From Bacteriovoracia bacterium (GTDB lineage Bacteria; Bdellovibrionota; UBA1018; CAIPTA01), in NCBI GenBank assembly GCA_050246755.1, contig JBFWVL010000001.1, positions 1,696,001 through 1,760,000 on the forward strand: DNA of 64,000 nt, read 5' to 3'. Below are positions 47,045 to 55,246 of the stretch, one piece after another. The stretch's first letter is position 1; each line of letters starts with the position of its first letter. Made by a program: the position numbers and the translations under genes. The notes beneath the pieces were generated by a model. That model saw only the letters and a list, made by a program, of their open reading frames with translations, had not been told where the DNA came from and searched no databases.

Positions 47045-47140
47045 GACTCCATCCTCCTTGATGGGAATCGTTTCTCTCGGTTCCGCAGTCCTTGCTTCCC
47101 CGGTAGGCCACTTGCTTTGTTTTCAGTGCCTACATGTATC

Positions 47141-47167
47141 TCTTCGGAGTCAGGAAAAATTTCTTTA
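47141..47167 (-). promoter_or_regulatory. Sigma28 promoter of the upstream flagellin
   Basis: TAAA-N15-TCCGAAGA. Confidence 0.7.
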
Positions 47168-47210
47168 AGGAAAATAGGAAAAAACTTTAGACAGTAGGCA
47201 TGATCATTAA

Positions 47211-48356
47211 ATGGACATTCGCAATCCGAACCAGGTAGAGCTAATGGATTTAATTGGTCGGGTATCCGCTGCTTTCTCCTATACTAAGGAAGAAGGAACG
47301 GTGGCCCGGGATTTCCCACTCTTCTACAATATCCACAACTTAAAGCATCTATGGGCCGCCTACGAAGGGGAGAAACTAATAGGCCACGCGGGCTATTTTC
47401 CGGCCGTTTTACGAGTAGAAAACCTTCCTTTGCCGGTGGCGGGAGTGGGTGGGGTCTACACGGAAGCCGATCACCAGGGCCAGGGTTTGGGCACACAATT
47501 AATCGAAAAAAATATTTTCGAAGCCAAAAAAAATGGCGCCGCGCTCGCCGTTTTATGGAGCGACCGCCACGATTTCTACGGAAAAATGGGGTTCTATCTC
47601 ACTGGCAGGCAGTGGACGATCGTGCTCGAACCAAAATTCTCCGCCGCCCTTCACGAGAAGGGCACGCAGCTTCACCTCGATAAATCTTCGCTGGAAATAT
47701 TTGAGGGCGGAGACGATTCCAATTTCCTGCGCCAGAGCCACGAGATGATTTCGCACCTTCCCATCGGCGTGAGCCGGACCTTAGAGGAGCATACTGCTTA
47801 TCTCGCTTCGGGATCTTGCAGGGTAATTTCCGCCTGGGCGGGAAACGAGCTCGCGGCCTACTTCGTGATCGGCAAAGGGAAAGACCTCACCAACTGCATC
47901 CATGAATGGGCGGGCGACGAAGCCGCGCTCCATCACCTGGCGGCGCACTGCCTGGAAACCTTCCAGCAAACGCTGTATCTGTTCAGCCCTCAGTTCATGC
48001 CCGACGAAGTGAACTGGATCTATTCCCTCAATGAACTCGGCATTCCGATGAAGGCCGAATACATGGCGCTCGTGAAGCTCTTGGATTTCGCGAAGATGAA
48101 ACGGCTCGTGAAGGATTACTTAGCGAAGGCTGGAATACCGGAAACGGATTTGCGGCTGGAGCAGAAGGAAACGGATAAGGAGGCCCCGGGGGCCGACAAA
48201 TATACTTATATAGTGCAATGGCGCCAAGAGACGGAGCTACACTTTACCGAGGCGCAGTTCTTGCGCTTCCTCTTCGGGCCGGAGTTGCCCACTTCGCAAG
48301 AGATGAAGGCCTTCTTCCCGCTGCGGATTTGGTACTGGGGAATGGATTCGGTTTAG
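47211..48356 (+). CDS. GNAT (Eis-like) N-acetyltransferase
   Basis: VGGVYT...HQGQGLG, LWS....FYGKMGF. Confidence 0.88.
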   Translation: MDIRNPNQVELMDLIGRVSAAFSYTKEEGTVARDFPLFYNIHNLKHLWAAYEGEKLIGHAGYFPAVLRVENLPLPVAGVGGVYTEADHQGQGLGTQLIEKNIFEAKKNGAALAVLWSDRHDFYGKMGFYLTGRQWTIVLEPKFSAALHEKGTQLHLDKSSLEIFEGGDDSNFLRQSHEMISHLPIGVSRTLEEHTAYLASGSCRVISAWAGNELAAYFVIGKGKDLTNCIHEWAGDEAALHHLAAHCLETFQQTLYLFSPQFMPDEVNWIYSLNELGIPMKAEYMALVKLLDFAKMKRLVKDYLAKAGIPETDLRLEQKETDKEAPGADKYTYIVQWRQETELHFTEAQFLRFLFGPELPTSQEMKAFFPLRIWYWGMDSV

Positions 48357-48419
48357 GGATACGGAAAGCGGATAAGCGCTAAATCTGGGGAAAAGCCTCG
48401 AACCTTCCGATACGCCAGT

Positions 48420-49457
48420 ATGTTCCGCGTGTTTCCTCTTGCCCTCTTCGTGCTCTTTCTTTGCGCTGGCCCGGCCCGCGCCGAGGTGCGTTTGGCCGTC
48501 TGGAACCCTCCCGGTTTTAAGTACGCCTTTGTGGTGGCGGTGAGGGAAGGGGAGAGTCTGGCCGCGGCGGTTGGCCGTTACCAGAGCGCGGTGAACCTCA
48601 ATCCTGATTTACGGGCAAGCTTGGTGAAAAAGCCACTCGCGCTAAGAACTGGTAAGCTCAGCTTATTTTCCGAGCAGGCGCCCGGGCCGCGCGCGTTGGT
48701 CTTGGCGAATAAGGCCGTTGATATGCAGCACGCGCAAGATTACGTGAACGCTCCCGCCAAACCTTTGCGGGCGAGGGGAGTGAAGCCCTATGTTCTGCCG
48801 CTGGCCGCCGAGCTCGGCTTGTCGGCTTCCGAAGCGGAAGAGTTTCGGGCCAAGCTCACGCGGGAATTCGATTTGCTCCTCGCCATCGGCGGCGACGATA
48901 CCCATCCGCACCTCTATGGCCGCGAGATCACCTACGCCAAAGAGCCCCTGAGTATGACGCGGGACCTCGCGGAAAAGAATCTGGTCGAACACTATACTAA
49001 GAGCGAGCGGGGATTTTTTCTCGGTATCTGCCGTGGGAGCCAGCTGCTCGGGATCACCGTGGGGTGTCCCTTGGTTCAGGACATCGAAAAGGAGAAAAAC
49101 GTTGCTGGGCACCGCCATGGCTTTCATTCTGCCTGGATCGATCGTGGCCAAAGCGAGCACCTCACCAAGATTTTCCCCGGCGCCGCGGAGATTGAAATTA
49201 ATACTTTGCATCACCAGGCTGTAGCAGAAGGCAACAGCTTGCTGCGCGTAGTGGCCCGGGATCCCTTCGGCGTGGTGGAGGCCACCGAGCTCGCGAACGG
49301 GCGTGGGCTCGGCGTGCAGTTTCATCCCGAGCTCATGAGCGCGAAAACGAAGAATCCTTTTTTCGACTACGTAGCCACCCAGGCTAAATCCGCTTATGCC
49401 GAACGGGTCCGTGGCGGCTGTGAGGCGCGCTACGGCCTCTTCGCGAAACCAAACTAA
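48420..49457 (+). CDS. Secreted peptidase C26 / gamma-glutamyl hydrolase family protein (class I GATase fold)
   Basis: GGDD.HP.LYG, RD..E, GICRGSQ, NTLHHQAV, VQFHPE; signal peptide. Confidence 0.88.
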   Translation: MFRVFPLALFVLFLCAGPARAEVRLAVWNPPGFKYAFVVAVREGESLAAAVGRYQSAVNLNPDLRASLVKKPLALRTGKLSLFSEQAPGPRALVLANKAVDMQHAQDYVNAPAKPLRARGVKPYVLPLAAELGLSASEAEEFRAKLTREFDLLLAIGGDDTHPHLYGREITYAKEPLSMTRDLAEKNLVEHYTKSERGFFLGICRGSQLLGITVGCPLVQDIEKEKNVAGHRHGFHSAWIDRGQSEHLTKIFPGAAEIEINTLHHQAVAEGNSLLRVVARDPFGVVEATELANGRGLGVQFHPELMSAKTKNPFFDYVATQAKSAYAERVRGGCEARYGLFAKPN

Positions 49458-49576
49458 GCCAAAATTTTCTCCACGCCCAAAATCCTTGCGCCGGAAATTT
49501 TTTGTTCCACTGGATTATTATTTGGCGCAGGAAAAAAATCTGTTATTGCTAATTTCAGGTCTTGAACAAAGGGGGA

Positions 49577-50665
49577 ATGCCGAAGATGGGAAAAATCTGG
49601 CTGGTTCTGTTCTACGCTCTCACTCAGTCCGTAGTTGCCCACGGAGGCGCGAACAACCCACCGCCGATTTCTCGTCCTCGCCCAGCGGCCCCCGAAGCCG
49701 GCACCGATCCTTACCTTAGTAAGCAATGGCACCTCGATCGCATCGGCGCCAAAGAAGTTTGGAAGATCTCCATGGGAGATCCTTCCACTACGATCGCGAT
49801 CGTGGATAGCGGCGTGAACTACAATAATCCCGATATCGCGCCCAACCTTCACTTCAATCCGAACGAAATCGCCGATAATAAATTCGACGATGACCACAAC
49901 GGCTTCGTGGACGATATTCTCGGCTGGGATTTCGTGCGCAATTCGGGGCTTCCCTTCGATCGCTCTGGGCACGGCACTTTTATGGCCGGCATCATCGCCG
50001 CCGTGGCCGACAATGGGGTGGGCGGGGCGGGGGTTTGCCCGAAGTGCTCCATCATTCCGGTGCGCTTTTTGAACTATGATGGCCTCGGAGACACCGAGGA
50101 CGGCATCAAGGGCATCTATTACGCGATTAAGGCGAATGCCCGAATCATCAATATGTCGTTTGCGGGCGAAGGTAAGGACGACGATCTCGAAAAGGCCATT
50201 CAGGTGGCCGGTGAGCACGATATCCTGATGGTGGTTTCGGCGGGGAACGATCACGAAAATATCGATTTCGCCGCCACCTATCCCGCGCGTTACGATTTGC
50301 CGAATATGATCACCGTAGCGGCCAGCAGCAAAGAAAGCGATTTGAATTATCGCTCGAACTGGGGCCAGCGCCACGTGCATCTTGCCGCTCCTGGCGACGA
50401 TATCTGGAGCGCTTGGTTCGATAAGTGGGATTACGGGGATGGAACTTCAGATGCCGCCGCCGTGGTAAGCGGTGCCGCCGGATTGGTGCGCAGCATTGCG
50501 CCCAGCCTCACGGCTCCTCAGGTGAAAGCCATTCTTATGGCCACGGTTCGCCCTTCGGCCGCCCTGGCTCGTAAAACGATTAGCGGGGGTGTGCTCGATG
50601 TGGAAGCCGCCGTTAATTGTGCTCGTCAGCGGGCGTTGCCTTGCCTTCGGAAGGGCGGAAAGTAA
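49577..50665 (+). CDS. Secreted S8 subtilisin-like serine protease
   Basis: VDSG, GHGT, SAGN, GTS; signal peptide. Confidence 0.92.
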   Translation: MPKMGKIWLVLFYALTQSVVAHGGANNPPPISRPRPAAPEAGTDPYLSKQWHLDRIGAKEVWKISMGDPSTTIAIVDSGVNYNNPDIAPNLHFNPNEIADNKFDDDHNGFVDDILGWDFVRNSGLPFDRSGHGTFMAGIIAAVADNGVGGAGVCPKCSIIPVRFLNYDGLGDTEDGIKGIYYAIKANARIINMSFAGEGKDDDLEKAIQVAGEHDILMVVSAGNDHENIDFAATYPARYDLPNMITVAASSKESDLNYRSNWGQRHVHLAAPGDDIWSAWFDKWDYGDGTSDAAAVVSGAAGLVRSIAPSLTAPQVKAILMATVRPSAALARKTISGGVLDVEAAVNCARQRALPCLRKGGK

Positions 50666-53507
50666 ATCCGCCGATTTCGCTCTTCTCTTTTTCCGCGGCG
50701 GGCAGGAATGAATCCGGCCGCATCAGAGGCAGTCTGGCGGCCTCTTCTTTTTGCTTCGCCGTCAGCCTTTTTTCTTTTCTGGCTTTGCGCTTCGCTACTT
50801 TGTCGAGGGACTCGTCTTGGCCGTCCGATTTGGCGAATTTCTTTTTGAGTTTTACCGTAATGGTAGGCGCCCGCGCCGCGTTTCTTTCTTCGATTTTCGC
50901 GCCCTTCGCCATCTGCTGCTGAATCGCCTGTACTTGCAAGGGGCGGAATTCGTCGGGACTTAGGCCCAGCGACTCTAGGAAGGCATCACTGTCGGCGAAG
51001 AATTGCTTGGGATTCTCCCGCCACGTTTTGAGCATATTAGGCGCGTTATCTTCGAGGGAAAGCACTACCTTTTCCCCATTCAGTCCCCGATTGGCCAGCG
51101 CGCGGAAAAATTTGATCTGCAACGCTTGAAGGTGTTCGTCGGTCATGGCGTCGCTCATGCGGAACTCTACGCGGTCGCTGCCGCCCTTGGAGAAAGAAGG
51201 GAACCAGTCGTCGATACCGGCTTTTTTGATATCGATGGTTTTCTTGTAGGCCTCGGGCACCACATCGTTCATCAGGCCGGTGGTATTCATCTGAATATAG
51301 GCCGGTTTGCGGGTAACGAAGGGATTGAAGTACTGCTTGTTGTAGAAGAGGTACTGGAGGTCGCCCCAGTCTCCTTTGAAATCGTTGATGCTATTCACGA
51401 ACTCTTTGCCATAGGGAACGGGGATGGCCACGCGCTCGCGGAAGGGATGCTGGAAGAGAGCCTGGATTAAGGTGCGGTTCTTCTCGAATACGCGCGTGAA
51501 GTTGGCCATGCGGCTAGCGGCCTCTTCCGAACTAAGCTGCTGGAGCTGTTCGAGGCCCATATTGAAATGGGCGCCGCCGGCGGAGCGCTTGGGGTAATTG
51601 CCTTCTTTGCGCATGGCCCGGTAGAGCGCAGCGAGCTCGGTCATGTCTTGCGGTTGTATCTTCGGCGTAGGGGCCTCGATATGCCCGCCGTGAGGATTGA
51701 TCGCTTTTCCCTTGGCGTCGTAGGAACGCTGCACGCCATCCCACTCCACGCGCCAGTCCCGGCCCTGCTTGTCGGTCACGAGGTAGCGAACCGAGAGGCC
51801 GTGCCCATGGCCGCCGTCCTCTACCTTAGTTACCTTAACGGCGTCGATTTCTTTGGCGAAAGATTCCGCCGCACGCCGGATGCGCATCTCGGCTTCTTTT
51901 TTGTTCTTCGGGCTGAAAGCGAAGCGGTGGGAGGTTTCAATCCCGATGGGGGTTTGATTCACGTCGATCGGGCCGTCGCTCTTCACGGTAATTTCCGGAA
52001 GCTTCGTGGGCTGAGGCATGAGGTAGTGCTCGAGATCCACGTCGAGGCGCAGGCGGCGCGCGAAAAGGTAATTGATGCGCTCTAGCTCGCTTCTTACTTC
52101 CTCCCGAAGCGCGGCGAGCTCGTCGCCCTTAAGCTTGGGCGCCTTTTTCACGTATTGCTCGGCGAGCTCGAGATATCGTTTAGCGAAACGCTTCTGGGCG
52201 CGCTTGAGCACGTCTTTCTTATAGTCGATATCCAGGCGGTTTTCCCAGGGAAGCATCGGGGCCAGCACGCGGTTGCGGAAATGGTTATAGGCCCGCTTCG
52301 AATCTTTGTATTCGAGGTTGGGGAACATCGCTTCGAATTTCTCCAGCGTGCCGATTTCCTTTTCTTTCAGCCAAGGGGAGAAAAGCTTTTCGCTTGGCGA
52401 GGAGGCATTGAAGTCGTAGGAGCGGAAATCCTTCATGCCGGAGTAATCGCCGGAAGAAAGGCGGGCTTCCATCACGTCGGCGATGAAGTCCCGTTTGGAG
52501 CCGGTATTACCGGAGCGCTGTTCGAAATCGGTGAGGCGGCTCCAGCCGTCGGTCTCGGAGCCCTCACGCGGCTTGAAGGCACGGGCGCCCATGGTGCGGT
52601 ACTTCTGGTTGAATTTTTCGGGCTTGCCCTCCACGAAGGCTTCCGCGAGGCGATCGAGCATGTCGCGCTCGTATACGCCGAGGTAAGGGTGGAATAAGAG
52701 GCTCTTCACCTCGTCCGGATTTCGCTTGATCTGGCGCCAGTAGAGGAACCAGCTGGTGGCATCGAGATTTTCCAGGTATTGCCCCACCATTTTTTCACGC
52801 GTGGCTTTGTCTTTCGACCAGCCGTGGAAGAAATGCTGGTGGCCCACTTTCGCTTCGAGGCCGGTTTCCACCGTCTGGCGGTCTTTGAGGTATTTTACGC
52901 GGTCGGCTTCGGAGCCCACGGAACGCACTTCGTAGGATCCGAGGTCGTCGCCCACGGTAAGGAATTTCGGCGTGATCCCGGAGCTGCGCACGTCGTCGAA
53001 GTTCAGCACGTTATCGTAGAATAAATTCTCGCGGCCCTGCACGTTGATGAGAGAGAAGGGATTTTCGGCGCTGGTGAAGAACTTCACCTGGTCTTCGCGG
53101 GAAAGCTTTGCCCATTCTTCGGGTTTCACCGTCACGCCTTCGGGCACGTACTTGGTGGGATACTCGTCGAGGAAGTTGAAAAGGAAGCTTTTCTTGCCGA
53201 AGGCTTTCTCTTTTTCCAGGCGGTCGTTCATGCGCTTGGCGAAGATCGTCTTGTCCACGGAATCGAACCACTGGGCGATATCGCTGTAGAGCAAGCCCTC
53301 TTTCTCGAAGGCGCGGGCGATGGGAAGATTACTGTCGAAAGATTTTACGATCTGCTTGTCCGCGGTGAGGGTGGTGGCGCGGAGATTGAAAAACGCGTCG
53401 TAGCAGCGAAATGGATCCGCGCCATAGGCGGAAAGCGCCAGCACCGAGTAAACGGCGGCAAAAAGCGCGGTGGTCTTAAGAGAGCGGAGGGAAAGCCAGA
53501 ATCGCAT
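50613..53507 (-). CDS. Large secreted protein with putative amidoligase (glutamine synthetase/GCS-fold) domain(s)
   Basis: Signal peptide; IGIE, HIEAPTP, GGAHFN, RVEFR..D in the C-terminal half. Confidence 0.55.
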   Translation of the reverse strand: MRFWLSLRSLKTTALFAAVYSVLALSAYGADPFRCYDAFFNLRATTLTADKQIVKSFDSNLPIARAFEKEGLLYSDIAQWFDSVDKTIFAKRMNDRLEKEKAFGKKSFLFNFLDEYPTKYVPEGVTVKPEEWAKLSREDQVKFFTSAENPFSLINVQGRENLFYDNVLNFDDVRSSGITPKFLTVGDDLGSYEVRSVGSEADRVKYLKDRQTVETGLEAKVGHQHFFHGWSKDKATREKMVGQYLENLDATSWFLYWRQIKRNPDEVKSLLFHPYLGVYERDMLDRLAEAFVEGKPEKFNQKYRTMGARAFKPREGSETDGWSRLTDFEQRSGNTGSKRDFIADVMEARLSSGDYSGMKDFRSYDFNASSPSEKLFSPWLKEKEIGTLEKFEAMFPNLEYKDSKRAYNHFRNRVLAPMLPWENRLDIDYKKDVLKRAQKRFAKRYLELAEQYVKKAPKLKGDELAALREEVRSELERINYLFARRLRLDVDLEHYLMPQPTKLPEITVKSDGPIDVNQTPIGIETSHRFAFSPKNKKEAEMRIRRAAESFAKEIDAVKVTKVEDGGHGHGLSVRYLVTDKQGRDWRVEWDGVQRSYDAKGKAINPHGGHIEAPTPKIQPQDMTELAALYRAMRKEGNYPKRSAGGAHFNMGLEQLQQLSSEEAASRMANFTRVFEKNRTLIQALFQHPFRERVAIPVPYGKEFVNSINDFKGDWGDLQYLFYNKQYFNPFVTRKPAYIQMNTTGLMNDVVPEAYKKTIDIKKAGIDDWFPSFSKGGSDRVEFRMSDAMTDEHLQALQIKFFRALANRGLNGEKVVLSLEDNAPNMLKTWRENPKQFFADSDAFLESLGLSPDEFRPLQVQAIQQQMAKGAKIEERNAARAPTITVKLKKKFAKSDGQDESLDKVAKRKARKEKRLTAKQKEEAARLPLMRPDSFLPAAEKEKSEIGGFTFRPSEGKATPADEHN

Positions 53508-53513
53508 AACGAC

Positions 53514-53540
53514 GTATCGTCGGCGAAAGGCGAATCTTTA
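53514..53540 (-). promoter_or_regulatory. Putative sigma28 promoter (leaderless)
   Basis: TAAA-N15-GACGATAC-N6-ATG. Confidence 0.65.
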
Positions 53541-53572
53541 GTGATTTAGGGCGGTTTGCGAAGGGTTAGGGT

Positions 53573-55246
53573 TTATCGCAATACCTTCAAGAAGGAATAC
53601 ACGGCGGCGGCTAGGAGAGAGAGGCCAAGTACGCGGAAACTCATGGACCCCATATGTAGAGAAACAAAAAAACAGGTGGCGCCCACCGTGAGGCTGCCCA
53701 CGAATACCAAAGCGGTAGCGAGTAAGCGGAAGTTTTTTTCGCTTTGGGCGCGCTCGAGTTCCGCGTCGCTATTCTTAACCTCGATGGCGTAGCCGTTCGC
53801 CGCGAGCCGTTTAAAGAACCAGTGGAGCTGCCGCGGCAGCATCTTTACCACCTGCTGCACGTCGCGGGAACCGAGCAGCATGCCCTTAGAGACTTGGTCC
53901 CAGTCGTAGTTGGGCTTTAGGAGCGGCGCCACGTAGCTCTCGAGGAGGGGCATGGGATTGAAATTTGGATCGAGTTTTTGGCAGGTTCCCTCGAGCGTAT
54001 AGAGTGCCTTGAAAATCAGCATCCATTCGCGGGGGATGCGGATCTGGTGCCGGGCCGCTACGGAAGTGGCGTCGATCAGAACCTTGCCCACGTTCAAGGT
54101 GGAAAGCGGCAATCCGAGGTAAGGGGCCACGGCGGCGTGGATGCTGCGCTGGAAAGAATCGAAGTCGGTTTTCCCGCGGCTAGCGCCGAGCTCGGCGAAC
54201 TCGAGGCAGAGGGTTTCAAAGTCTTCTTCGGAAAGTGCCACAAAAATACGCAGCAGGGATTCTCGGGCGCGAGGCGTAAGGTAGCCCATGATGCCGAAAT
54301 CGATCATACCCACGCGGTTTCCGTGATCGCCGCCCGCGGGCAGGGCAAAAAGATTGCCGGTGTGAAGATCGCCGTGGAAGAACCCGTCTTCCAGCGCGGT
54401 CTTTAGAAAAGCGCGCCCGGTGATCTCGGCCAGGGATTTACGGTCGAAGCCCCCGGCGTTGAGCGCGGGGATATCATCGAGCTTTACCCCATCCAACTTT
54501 TCGATCACGAGCACTTTGTGGCTGCAAAGCTGGAGGTGCACCTCGGGCACGTAAACATCGGGCATTTCTTTCAGGTTGGCGCGGGACTTTAAAATATTAT
54601 TCGCCTCGAGAATAAAATCGAGCTCGAGGCTCATAGCCTGAAAGAATTCCTCCACGCAAACCTGGGGGGCCATTACTTTGGTTTCGGGAAAGTATTTCTC
54701 TAGGGCGGCAGCTAGGCCGGAGAGAACCGAAACGTCGGCCTTGATCAAGGTATCGATGCCGGGGCGCTGCACTTTCACGACCACGCGCTCGCCGGTATTA
54801 AGCACCGCGGAGTGCACTTGGCCGATTGAGGCCGAGGCCAGCGGGGTTTCATCGAAGGAAGAAAAGAACTCGTCGAGGCCGGAGTTGAGTTCACGTTCCA
54901 CGGAATTTTTGATCACGGCGAAGGGAAGGGGGCTCACTTGGTCTTGGAGCTTGCTGAGCTCACGCACGTATTCTTCCGGCAAAAGATCGGAGCGGGAGGA
55001 GAGCAGCTGGCCTAGTTTAATGAAGGAGGGACCGAGCTCCTCGAAGGCCATGCGTAGGCGTTCAGGCGCGGAGAACTTAATTTCGGCTTCCGATTTTTGG
55101 TATTTTTCGGGGATGAAGCGGCTAAATCCCAGCTTTCCCATCAGCTCTTGGAAGCCGTACTTGGCGAACACGCTCGAAATCTGCTTAATCCGCCCAATAT
55201 TTTTAAACGTTCTGGAAACCTGCCTGGGCGCCGACAGAATGCTCAC
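53573..55246 (-). CDS. ubiB: ABC1/UbiB/AarF family atypical kinase
   Basis: LGPSFIKLGQ, ASASIGQVH, VKVQRP, FFHGDLH.GN, IDFG. Orthology to ubiquinone UbiB not established. Confidence 0.88.
   Translation of the reverse strand: MSILSAPRQVSRTFKNIGRIKQISSVFAKYGFQELMGKLGFSRFIPEKYQKSEAEIKFSAPERLRMAFEELGPSFIKLGQLLSSRSDLLPEEYVRELSKLQDQVSPLPFAVIKNSVERELNSGLDEFFSSFDETPLASASIGQVHSAVLNTGERVVVKVQRPGIDTLIKADVSVLSGLAAALEKYFPETKVMAPQVCVEEFFQAMSLELDFILEANNILKSRANLKEMPDVYVPEVHLQLCSHKVLVIEKLDGVKLDDIPALNAGGFDRKSLAEITGRAFLKTALEDGFFHGDLHTGNLFALPAGGDHGNRVGMIDFGIMGYLTPRARESLLRIFVALSEEDFETLCLEFAELGASRGKTDFDSFQRSIHAAVAPYLGLPLSTLNVGKVLIDATSVAARHQIRIPREWMLIFKALYTLEGTCQKLDPNFNPMPLLESYVAPLLKPNYDWDQVSKGMLLGSRDVQQVVKMLPRQLHWFFKRLAANGYAIEVKNSDAELERAQSEKNFRLLATALVFVGSLTVGATCFFVSLHMGSMSFRVLGLSLLAAAVYSFLKVLR

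Noticed and set aside
50613-50665. 53-bp convergent overlap between the subtilase and amidoligase-like gene
   Set aside because: Short 3' overlaps are common; no sign of function.
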